A DNA stretch of 63,385 bases, the filler included, from Reclinomonas americana ATCC 50394 (Eukaryota), in NCBI GenBank assembly GCA_048213135.1. It is 7 parts of 4 records of this genome, joined end to end, with 100 filler letters (N's around TTAATTAATTAA, not from the genome) between each part and the next. Parts side by side here need not be neighbours in the genome. Positions count along the whole stretch, not along the records: positions 20,034 to 35,533 come from PS015028.1; positions 35,634 to 49,473 come from PS015029.1; 5 more parts are not named here. The stretch is one strand, 5' to 3'. Made by a program: the position numbers and the translations under genes. The notes beneath the pieces are model-generated. The model was not told the DNA's origin. It worked only from the letters and a program-made list of their open reading frames with translations, and made no database searches. Shown here one piece after another: positions 25,738 through 37,016 of this stretch (positions are counted from its first letter, which is position 1; the number at the start of each line of letters is the position of its first letter).

Positions 25738-28239
25738 GCACACACACGCGATTCCTTGTCAGAATCAGACTCTCCGCTCTCTCTCTCTCGCTGTCTCTCT
25801 GTCACCTTCCTCTCCCTCCTTCTCTCTCTCCCTTGTCGCGTTCAACGAGACACCACCACACACACACACACACTCTCTCTCTCTCTGCCGTTGCACGAGC
25901 AATGGGTCATGTTCACTCATGTGCGTCGCTGTTTTCCCGCGCAGAACAACTCGAGTGGCTTCCAGAAGTGCCCGTCTCCGCTGTGCAAGATGCTCTGCAA
26001 CCCGTCGGTGAAGACTGGTCTGTGCCGCTCTGCTGAGGGCAAGACGACGCAGAGCAATTTCGGCTGCTGCTGCTGGTTTGTGTCTCTCTGTCTCTCCTCC
26101 TTCTTGGTGCCTTGTTTTTTTGTTGTCTGACTGCTAGCGTCTGATGGAGCAGCAGTGGTGCTGGTAGCGGTAACTCGTTTAAGGAGCTGCCGGCGACTGG
26201 CAATGAGAAGCCCAAGCCGACGCCTCCGCCGCCAAAGCCGAAGCCGACGCCGACAACGCCGTCTTCTCCTTCGCCACCGCCACCTCCGGCTCCCACGCCT
26301 GCGCCGACACCTGATCCCACGCCGGCACCCCCGCCGCCATCTTCGCCGCCTCCGCCTCCGCCGACGCCGACTCCGCCACCATCGTCGCCGCCGCCGCCTG
26401 CACCAACGCCGTCCCCATCTCCTTCGCCGTCTCCTTCGCCATCACCGAAGCCGAAGCCCAAGCCGTCGAAAGGCAAGCCGCAGCCGCCGAAGGACGGTGA
26501 CAAGCCGAAGCCCAAGCCGTCNNNNNNNNNNNNNNNNNNNNNNNNNNNNNNNNNNNNNNNNNNNNNNNNNNNNNNNNNNNNNNNNNNNNNNNNNNNNNNN
26601 NNNNNNNNNNNNNNNNNNNNNNNNNNNNNNNNNNNNNNNNNNNNNNNNNNNNNNNNNNNNNNNNNNNNNNNNNNNNNNNNNNNNNNNNNNNNNNNNNNNN
26701 NNNNNNNNNNNNNNNNNNNNNNNNNNNNNNNNNNNNNNNNNNNNNNNNNNNNNNNNNNNNNNNNNNNNNNNNNNNNNNNNNNNNNNNNNNNNNNNNNNNN
26801 NNNNNNNNNNNNNNNNNNNNNNNNNNNNNNNNNNNNNNNNNNNNNNNNNNNNNNNNNNNNNNNNNNNNNNNNNNNNNNNNNNNNNNNNNNNNNNNNNNNN
26901 NNNNNNNNNNNNNNNNNNNNNNNNNNNNNNNNNNNNNNNNNNNNNNNNNNNNNNNNNNNNNNNNNNNNNNNNNNNNNNNNNNNNNNNNNNNNNNNNNNNN
27001 NNNNNNNNNNNNNNNNNNNNNNNNNNNNNNNNGAAGCCGCAGCCGCCGAAGGACGGTGACAAGCCGAAGCCCAAGCCGTCGAAGCCGCAGCCACCGAAGG
27101 ACGGTGACAAGCCGAAGCCCAAACCGTCGAAGCCGCAGCCACCGAAGGACGGCGACAAGCCCAAGCCCAAGCCATCGAAGCCGCAGCCGCCGAAGGACGG
27201 TGACAAGCCGAAGCCCAAGCCGTCGAAGCCGCAGCCGCCGAAGGGAGGTGACAAGCCGAAGCCCAAGCCATCGAAGCCGCAGCCGCCGAAGGGAGGTGAC
27301 AAGCCGAAGCCCAAGCCGTCGAAGCCGCAGCCGCCCAAGCCGAAGCCGTCCAACGACAAGAGCAAGTCCGCACCCTGCGCCGCTGCACAGCAGCAGCTGA
27401 AGCAGGCGTGGAAGGGCTCCAACCACGCTTGGCGCGACAACACGATTGCCAACTTTGATCTGAAGCTCGCCAAGTTTCGTGTGCCGCAAGGTTGCCGCCT
27501 CTTTGATGTTTCGTTGCGTGTCGCTCACCGTTGACCATACAGGGGCCGTGCCGAGCGCGCCAAGAAGCACGTGGAGAAGGTGAAGAAGCTGCTGGCTGAC
27601 GCCGAAAAGGCCAGTGATGCTGCAGACAAGGCTGTGCACACGGCTGAGCAGAAGAAGAACGATGGTTTGCCTTCTGAACTCTTTGTGTGTGTCCGAGTCT
27701 CTTTCGCACTAACGTCGCATGCAACTCGCAGCGGAGAACGGCATCAAGCGTGCCAAGGAACAGCTTCGCGCTGCTTACCTCAAGCAGCAAGTGGAGTGTG
27801 CTCACTGCGACTCCAAGACCCCCGGCCACGCCATGTGCTCAACTATTGCCACTCGCGGCTCGCCAATCAAGCCGTGCCCGCAGGGCCAGTACTGCCACAT
27901 CACGGATCCGGTGAGCGCAATGATGATTGCCCTTGACCTCACGTGCACACACTCGAGTGACTTACTAGCTTTCGCAGGGCCGACCGGAGATCGATGTGCC
28001 CAACAGTGGCATCTGCATCAAGATGGGCAATCCGTGCAGCACATCGGGCACCCGCGGCTCGCCGCCAATGACGTGCCCCAGCGGTCAGCACTGCTTCATC
28101 ACCAATCCGGTGAGTTCTCATGTGTGCGCTGCACCTGCTTCCACCTCCCGCCTCACACCGCGCGTGTTTGCGTGAGCAGGGCAAGCCTGAGGTCGACATT
28201 CCCAACAGCGGCTTCTGCGTCGCCAAGGGCTCGTGGTGA
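25529..28239 (+). CDS. Secreted Pro/Lys-rich repetitive (extensin/mucin-like) protein with Cys-rich N- and C-terminal modules and a helical segment
   Basis: Signal peptide MRRLRNVLALLALVAIVVAAFASA; Cys-rich exon; SPPP/PTP linker; 16-aa repeats KPQPPKDGDKPKPKPS; Ala/Lys helical region; two copies of CST..TRGSP...CP.GQ.C.IT.PG.PE.D.PNSG.C; stop at 28237-28239. Confidence 0.8.
26470..27345 (+). repeat. 48-bp coding tandem repeat (KPQPPK[D/G]GDKPKPKPS), spanning a gap
   Basis: At least 6 near-identical units after the gap and 1 before it. Confidence 0.9.
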
Positions 28240-29507
28240 CCTCTCTCGAGCTCTCAATGCTCCTTATTCAATCCTCAATGTCAATCACTTCCGGCTGCCT
28301 CCCGGGGCGCCGACGTTCATTGTCAACTTTGGTTGCAATGCGACCGAAGCACATTAAAAAATATCGTTATTTCTCAGTGTGGCGACGAGAATGGCAAACA
28401 ATATCGTGCACAATATTAATTGTCGAGTAATCACGCCGGTAGCGAGACACCAAGATGGACCCGCTGCATTCTCCGACCAAGCGGCAACACGAAGGCTGCG
28501 TCACTTTGGATGTTTTTCCATTCGGCGCTCACCAAAATCGACTTTCATGCATGTACATGCATGTCTCCTTCAGCAACACAAGCGTATGCAGCACCACTCG
28601 ATAGCGGCTGTCGCTGTTGGCCATGGACAAGTAGAAATTCTCATCCACGTTCAGCAGGAAGAAGAATTCCATCGCCGAACGGGCAACCAATTGCAATCAT
28701 TTGTTCGCTGGTCGTCTTGTCCGGAGTCGCCAATGCCGGCCTCCCAGCCCTCCTCGCTCGCTCGCCCCCGACCAGCAACGCCCAGCACGAGTGAATGCAC
28801 ACGCGTGAAAAATGGGCGGAGGGTGTAAGTGTGTTGTAATCACGTCACGTTCGCTCCTTTTCGTACTCGCATTTGTCCGGAACTGAGGCCGTCTGTAAAT
28901 TTTTCAGTGTGGGGTTCGGAGCACAGACCACGTTGCGTGTAACAACAAGCCATACATACACGCACGTAGGAGGCGTCAGAGTGTGCACAGGCAGAGGCTG
29001 TGTCGCATCTCTCTCAGGCGTTTGTCGGAGAGAGAGAGAGAGAAACGGGACGAAATGAGAGTTGTAGAAGCAGCCGTCGTAGTTGTCGTCATTGATGTGT
29101 GTCACAGGCACCATAGAGGTTGGAAGTTGAAGCAGAGCAGCGTGTCTTGTGCACAGTCTGTCTCGTGGTGGTTGGAGAGAGTGTGTGACAGAATTTCAGG
29201 ACGACTTGTTCATGTGGCGGTCGAGAAAGAGACAAGTCATTTTTGTTCACACACGCGCGCGTGCACACTGCATATGAGTATACAGGAGGAAGAGGGGAGA
29301 GGAGAAGGAGGAGAGAGAGAGAGGGCGAGTGCGGTTGCTAGTATGTGGTTTGGGACATGTCCGATCTGATCGTACTCACTTTCACACTCGTCTTTTTTTT
29401 CTTCCAACACAGACCTTCCCCGACATCAACCCTCCCCCGCCCCCGTCTGTGTGTGCGCGCGTGTGTGAGTGAGTGCGAGTGTGTGAGTGGGACTGAAGGA
29501 AGAAAAT

Positions 29508-32500
29508 ATGCGACGCGCCACTCCGACTTCGGCGACGCGTACTTTGGCGCCCACACTATCACCGGGCTCGACCACCTCGTCACTGGCCTCCTCGTCCTCG
29601 GCGGTCTCCTCAAGCGCCGAGACTGCAGTGGCCTGGTCAGCCGTCAAGATCATGCCTGCACCCGCGACGGCGACGTCGTCGACACGACAGTTGCTGTGCA
29701 CCAAGGCCGAGCCTGTCCCACGACGCCGACAGCTGCAGCAAGCAGAGCAACAGCAACAGCAGCAGCAGAGACTACGACAGTTGCAGCAGCAGCAGCAACA
29801 GAGGCATGCGACGGATGAGGACACGACAATGTGGTCTCTGTCGCCCATGTCGTCTGTCATGTCGAGTCCCGGCAGCCTGACCATGCAGAGCCTGTCGATG
29901 CCGTCGTCGCCGGCTGCGATGCTGGCCAGCATTGGAACGTCGGCGATTGGCAGTGCGAGAGGGAGAGCAGAGCAGCATCCGGTGTTGGACATTGCCGCGG
30001 TGAGCTTGATGGGCGGAATCGGCGACGAGGACGGTATTATCTATGGGGACGATGACTTGTACGACGATGGGTTGATGCATGGCGATGCCTTGTCAGAGGT
30101 GAGAGGCCGAGAGACAGAGAGAGAGGCCGACGCAGATTATTCCGTGCACGAGCTGACTTTGTGGCGGCGCGCAGTTCCTGTCGCCTCATGGCGGACCACT
30201 GGACGCCACCAGTCCGGCCACTGCCACTGTTGTCGGTGAGAAGCAGCGATCGACGGCCACCTCTGTGTCGCCGTCCATGTCGGCCACTGGTCACACGCCG
30301 GCCAAGATGTCGTCGTCCAGTGCCAGCGACTACGACACGATTCCGTCATCCGCACGGTCGTCGCTCTTTGACATGTACGACAACTCACCGCGAATGGCGC
30401 CACCGCCTGCTGCCGCTCCTGCGCCGGTCGATGAGGAGGTGGTGGTGGAGGCAACGCTGTCGTTCCGCAATCGCGTGGAGGAACCCAAGGACCTGGCGCC
30501 GCTGGTGACTCCGCGCATCAGCTCGCCGCAGGAGATCATCAAGCCGGCGGCGACTGTGGCGCGTCCACCGCAGCCCGACAACACCACGCCCACTCTGCAA
30601 TTGCCGCAGGAGCCGCCGGCGCCGTTGCGCTCGGTGCCCACTGACGCGCTGGAGGCACCGACACCGAATGTGGCCGCGCCGCCGCCCGATCGCATGTTCT
30701 ACTACTCCTCCACCTCGGGTCAGTTTGCCGCGCGGCCGCCATACGAGGTGAGTCTCGTGCGAATCCGTGCAACACCTTCTTTCATCATCTCACCTTTGCC
30801 TCTTCAGGTGCCNNNNNNNNNNNNNNNNNNNNNNNNNNNNNNNNNNNNNNNNNNNNNNNNNNNNNNNNNNNNNNNNNNNNNNNNNNNNNNNNNNNNNNNN
30901 NNNNNNNNNNNNNNNCGCCGGCGTCGGCGGCAAGCTGCTGAGCGACCGCACACTGCGCAGTGCCTCAAGACCCGTAAAGGCACTGGAACTGTTGACGGGC
31001 GTCCGAAGCTGCGGCGGCGGCGAAGGCTCACGCGAGCGCGGCGGAGTGGCCAGCATCTGACCAGAGAGTGGGGGCAGACGGAAGGGCGATGTCGTGCGCT
31101 GCACGAACCCCGTTACCGACGGTGGCCGACTGACCACCGGTGTCACCGGCGCCGAATCCAGCGGCTGCGGCATGTTGATCTTCTCCAGAATGGCAATCAG
31201 CTGCGGTGAGGTGGCCGCTCGGCGGAGGGCCGATGGCGGTCGATTGTTGCTGTTGCTGCTCGGGAGGAAGGCGGCGGCGACCGACACAAACTTGGCGGGT
31301 GTGGCGGGCGCCGCAGCTTCAGCTTCGTGGGGCGACACAGACGGTGTGATGTGCGCCGCCTCGGGGAGGGTTGGTGTGGCGCGGCGGAACGAGGCNNNNN
31401 NNNNNNNNNNNNNNNNNNNNNNNNNNNNNNNNNNNNNNNNNNNNNNNNNNNNNNNNNNNNNNNNNNNNNNNNNNNNNNNNNNNNNNNNNNNNNNNNNNNN
31501 NNNNNNNNNNNNNNNNNNNNNNNNNNNNNNNNNNNNNNNNNNNNNNNNNNNNNNNNNNNNNNNNNNNNNNNNNNNNNNNNNNNNNNNNNNNNNNNNNNNN
31601 NNNNNNNNNNNNNNNNNNNNNNNNNNNNNNNNNNNNNNNNNNNNNNNNNNNNNNNNNNNNNNNNNNNNNNNNNNNNNNNNNNNNNNNNNNNNNNNNNNNN
31701 NNNNNNNNNNNNNNNNNNNNNNNNNNNNNNNNNNNNNNNNNNNNNNNNNNNNNNNNNNNNNNNNNNNNNNNNNNNNNNNNNNNNNNNNNNNNNNNNNNNN
31801 NNNNNNNNNNNNNNNNNNNNNNNNNNNNNNNNNNNNNNNNNNNNNNNNNNNNNNNNNNNNNNNNNNNNNNNNNNNNNNNNNNNNNNNNNNNNNNNNNNNN
31901 NNNNNNNNNNNNNNNNNNNNNNNNNNNNNNNNNNNNNNNNNNNNNNNNNNNNNNNNNNNNNNNNNNNNNNNNNNNNNNNNNNNNNNNNNNNNNNNNNNNN
32001 NNNNNNNNNNNNNNNNNNNNNNNNNNNNNNNNNNNNNNNNNNNNNNNNNNNNNNNNNNNNNNNNNNNNNNNNNNNNNNNNNNNNNNNNNNNNNNNNNNNN
32101 NNNNNNNNNNNNNNNNNNNNNNNNNNNNNNNNNNNNNNNNNNNNNNNNNCACGTGCGACTGGAGGAGAACGACATTGATCCGGAGTTGGTAAGTGGTGTT
32201 GGTTTGTCGTCCGTGAAATGTGTGTGATGCTCACTCTGTGCTACTTGCACACAACAACAGGCTGCACTGGACGCCGCCCACGAGACTCGTATTCGCGAGC
32301 AGCGCGACACTGACGACAAGCGTGCCACGCCACGTGGTGTGACTCCGCGCACGGCCGCCTTGGCGCGCCGCAACAGCACGCCGACCAACAGTATGTCGGC
32401 GCGTCATCGCTCACCGCTGCGCCAGCCGCTGCAGCAGCCGCCATTCAGACCAGCGGGCCGCCCATCGCCGAGTCCGGCACGCAACGCCAACACCACTCCG

Positions 32501-33543
32501 CGCCGCACCATCGAGAGCCCCATTCGCGGTCGCCCCACGGCCAAGAGCCCCATTCCGGGCTCCGGTCGTCCAGTGGACCCCTCGCGCGACAGCACACCGT
32601 CCAACTCTCGTGCTACCACACCACGCGGTCGCACCACTCCCGCTGGCCTGCCTCCGCGCGACAAGACGCCGCTGCGCAAGGTGACTTTCACCTCGTCAGC
32701 CAACATTCAAAAATGCTCTCTCTGTTTGGTGATCTCACTCTCGCTCTCTCTCTCCCCTCACCGCAGCAGCAGACACCAGTGCAGGCGCCTGAGGGTCCGG
32801 TGGCCGTTCGCATCACGGCCAAGCTCGATATGCGAGCGTGGTCGCCCATCAAGCAGCGCTCTCGCAGCCCGCTGGCCAACAACAGCAACAGTCCGTCGAA
32901 CGTAACTGCTGCGGCGGCAGCTGCTACTGCTGCTGGTGGCTCGTCGTCACCAGTGTCTGGTCACCATCAGCGCTCCGCCACGTGGTCGCCGGTGGCGCTG
33001 ACGGCGGAGAATAGTGGCGGCGACAAGGCCTCCCCGAGCGTGCACGGTTCGACTCGCCGCCCGCAGCCGCTGCGTCTGCCCGAGGAACCGCTGTCATCTT
33101 CGTGGCTGACGGCACCGTCGGTGGACACGGACTCGTCGGCATCACCACGACCGACGGTCGACGAGGCGTCGGTGCTGGCAAACTCGATGCCAGTGTCGCC
33201 CTCTGCTGCGGCGCAACAGCAGCCACAATCACCCGCCATGGCGGGCATTCATGGCCTTTTTGCTGGTGCCGCGCGCAAGATCCCCTTGCCGGTGCTGCCG
33301 TTTGCCGCGGCACTGCCGCAGCCACCGCGGGCCATGTCGCCGGCCTTGTCTCGCAACACCTCCCCGACTCGCTCGCCGCCGGCGCTCGGCGCTGGCGAGA
33401 CTCCGGCCCTGCCCACGGCGGCGCTTCCAAGCTGGCCACCGCAGGGAATGGCTGCTCGCTCGACAGCCACTCCGCCACTGCCGCCACAGTTGCCGCCTCC
33501 ACCACCTGCGGTGCGTGCCGTGGTGTTGCCGACGGCGGCCGCC
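29508..33543 (+). CDS. Large Ser/Pro/Thr/Gln-rich low-complexity protein of unknown function (partial, gapped)
   Basis: GC-rich open exons separated by short GT-AG introns (e.g. SE|gtgag, PYE|gtgagt, PEL|gtaagt, LRK|gtgact). No recognisable domain. Confidence 0.6.
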
Positions 33544-34723
33544 NNNNNNNNNNNNNNNNNNNNNNNNNNNNNNNNNNNNNNNNNNNNNNNNNNNNNNNNN
33601 NNNNNNNNNNNNNNNNNNNNNNNNNNNNNNNNNNNNNNNNNNNNNNNNNNNNNNNNNNNNNNNNNNNNNNNNNNNNNNNNNNNNNNNNNNNNNNNNNNNN
33701 NNNNNNNNNNNNNNNNNNNNNNNNNNNNNNNNNNNNNNNNNNNNNNNNNNNNNNNNNNNNNNNNNNNNNNNNNNNNNNNNNNNNNNNNNNNNNNNNNNNN
33801 NNNNNNNNNNNNNNNNNNNNNNNNNNNNNNNNNNNNNNNNNNNNNNNNNNNNNNNNNNNNNNNNNNNNNNNNNNNNNNNNNNNNNNNNNNNNNNNNNNNN
33901 NNNNNNNNNNNNNNNNNNNNNNNNNNNNNNNNNNNNNNNNNNNNNNNNNNNNNNNNNNNNNNNNNNNNNNNNNNNNNNNNNNNNNNNNNNNNNNNNNNNN
34001 NNNNNNNNNNNNNNNNNNNNNNNNNNNNNNNNNNNNNNNNNNNNNNNNNNNNNNNNNNNNNNNNNNNNNNNNNNNNNNNNNNNNNNNNNNNNNNNNNNNN
34101 NNNNNNNNNNNNNNNNNNNNNNNNNNNNNNNNNNNNNNNNNNNNNNNNNNNNNNNNNNNNNNNNNNNNNNNNNNNNNNNNNNNNNNNNNNNNNNNNNNNN
34201 NNNNNNNNNNNNNNNNNNNNNNNNNNNNNNNNNNNNNNNNNNNNNNNNNNNNNNNNNNNNNNNNNNNNNNNNNNNNNNNNNNNNNNNNNNNNNNNNNNNN
34301 NNNNNNNNNNNNNNNNNNNNNNNNNNNNNNNNNNNNNNNNNNNNNNNNNNNNNNNNNNNNNNNNNNNNNNNNNNNNNNNNNNNNNNTTCTCTCTTGTGTG
34401 TGTGGCCATGAAAAAGAGATGAGTTGGCCTACTTTTTTTTACAAGCCAACAAGCTGTGTGCAGCGCGCAGTGAGAGAAGCAGTGATACTTTTTCCCCTCC
34501 CCATTACCCCCTAAAATCCGTATGCGTGCGTTGATGTGTGTGTTTTGTGTGTTGCTTTTTTGTGTGTGTTGTTGCCCTATATCCTCCTCCTATTACCTTA
34601 CCCTCGACCGGTTACCAGAGAAACCTTCTGCATTAAAAAAAATAGACAAGAGATTGATATGATGTACTTCACACACACATACACTACTACCACCACCACC
34701 AACTGCAGCAGCAGCAAGCAGCA

Positions 34724-34921
34724 TCACATGGTTGAGTTGATGACCGAAGCGAGGTACTCGTCGGGTGTGGGTTGTGCCGGACCGGTGCGTCGCTGGTTAC
34801 TGGTGCGCGAGCGACGACCGCCGGCACGAATCACGTCAATGGCGGAATTGGCGCCCGCCGAGCCCGGGAGCGGCTGCAGACTGGTGCCGAGCATTTGCTT
34901 GCGGCGGCGGGCGGCCTCCTG
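34724..34921 (-). CDS. Terminal exon of an unidentified gene
   Basis: Long polypyrimidine tract + CAG, then EAARRRKQMLGTSLQP...DEYLASVINSTM*. Confidence 0.55.
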   Translation of the reverse strand, partial: QEAARRRKQMLGTSLQPLPGSAGANSAIDVIRAGGRRSRTSNQRRTGPAQPTPDEYLASVINSTM

Positions 34922-35427
34922 CGCGAGGGGAACAAGGGGAGAGGGTGAGGGAAAAGGGAAGGGTGGGAAAGGGATAGGGAGGTAAAGGAGAGGGAGGCGA
35001 ACGGAGAGAGAGAGGTGGTGAAGGAAAAGTGAAACACAGAAAGCGAGATGGAAAGGAAGCTGAAGCAAGAAAGGAGCGATGGAAACGAAAACTGAGAGAC
35101 GGAGAACTTGTGAACGTGGCGGGAGAGAGCCAACACTGTCAGAAGTAGGATAGGAAACGCTTAATGCAGACTGAAGGAGAGAAGAAACGGCCAGAGAGAC
35201 GACAGTTGACGTGGGAAACAACAAGAGAAATTCTCGTTGAAGACTGCAAGAGAGGGAGAGAGAGAGAAAAGGAAGAAGAGAGCGTGACGGAACGTGTGAG
35301 ACGAAAAGTGGACAGAGAACCAGAGCAAGCGTGCGAACGAGAAACCACAAGGGGAAAAAGGCGACACATAGTTGCTGCCAACTAGGGAATGGAGGGCAAG
35401 GGGGAAATGAATGTGAACGAACAGGGT

Positions 35428-35478
<51 letters not shown>

Positions 35479-36544
35479 ACGAACGAAAGGAAACGAAAGA
35501 ACGAAGAAAATACGTAGGAACGAGACGAAGAAANNNNNNNNNNNNNNNNNNNNNNNNNNNNNNNNNNNNNNNNNNNNTTAATTAATTAANNNNNNNNNNN
35601 NNNNNNNNNNNNNNNNNNNNNNNNNNNNNNNNNGGTTCTGTTGCAGTGTGGCGTGTTGGTTCTGCTTTGGAACTACTCATTTTTGCGAGCCGGTGGGTGG
35701 GGGAAACAGGGAAAGTGAGGGGAGTAGAGGGAAAGGAGGGTGGAAGAGTAGATACAAGGAGGAAAGGATGTGAGCTGTGTGCATGTGTGCGCTTTGTGTG
35801 CATGCAAGTGTGTGCTTGTATGTGCATGCGTGTGCTTCTATGTGTGTGAGAGGGAGAAAGAGAGAGAATCAGAGGGTTGCGCAAAGTAGGATCTGTGCGA
35901 AGAGAATAGACACACGCACACAGACGCAGAGGGAGAGAAAGAGGGCATCGCGTGTGCGTTTGTTAGGAAATGGAGTGATATAGTTTGACGGGGATAGCGG
36001 GAAGGCAGAGACGGAAAGGACANNNNNNNNNNNNNNNNNNNNNNNNNNNNNNNNNNNNNNNNNNNNNNNNNNNNNNNNNNNNNNNNNNNNNNNNNNNNNN
36101 NNNNNNGGTCAAACTGGCAGAAGAGGCGCATTAGCGATAGATTGATGCAATGCTGACTAATCGAGAGAATGCAAGAGATATATTCTTTCTGACTTGTCGT
36201 ATTCACGTGATCCTATCTTGCAGTGTCACTCAAGTCGAGCCGATCTCAAGGACGCCTCGCAATGGAAGAATTGCAGTGGTCCACACGACTGCCCGCTCAA
36301 GATTCAGGTGAGCAACGCATGTCTGTGTCGCCAGCAGCAATGATGTCTGCGTACTTACTTTCGCCTTGTCTTCCAACAGCATCCACCAGGTTCGCGACTT
36401 CGTGTCCTTGTATCACTGCCTTGTTTTCTTTGCTTTGTAGCTCACCTCTGCTGTCTGCCCATGTTCGTCTCCGACAACAAACAACAGCTGGCCAAGTGCG
36501 TTATTGTTTATGTTGTTGTTGTCGTGAGAGAGAGAGAGAGAGAG

Positions 36545-36740
36545 TGTGTGTGTGTGTAAAACACAGAGAAGACGAGTGCGTTGTTGTGATTGTTGTTGTC
36601 ATTGTCGTGAGAGAGTGTGTGAAACACAGAGAAGACGAGTGCGTTGTTGTGATTGTTATTGTTATTGTCGTGAGAGAGTGTGTGCAACACAGAGAAGACG
36701 AGTGCGTTGTTGTGATTGTTATTGTTATTGTCGTGAGAGA
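36545..36740. repeat. 63-bp tandem repeat x3
   Basis: gtgagagagtgtgtgaaacacagagaagacgagtgcgttgttgtgattgttattgttattgtc repeated. Confidence 0.85.
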
Positions 36741-37016
36741 GAGGGAGAAAGCGAGAGAGAGAGAGAGAACGTGTATGCTTGTGTGCGTTCTCGACTCTTG
36801 CCATTTCCCTTGGCTAATTCAATGCATTCTCCGCAGGAATATCCACTGGGTTGTGGTCTGTGTCGCGACTCTTTCTGAAAACGCCGCTTCGCGGCTCCAC
36901 AGAGGCAATCAATCGTAAACTTGCGATACAAAAAAATACCGACATTTGATTCTCTTCCTCGCTCCTTTCATTGCATTGCATTGCATTCACACACGCTGAT
37001 GATACCGTGGCAACCA

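Noticed and set aside
36220-36470. Possible minus-strand first exons upstream of the 34724 gene
   Set aside because: Could not establish a consistent frame across the gaps.
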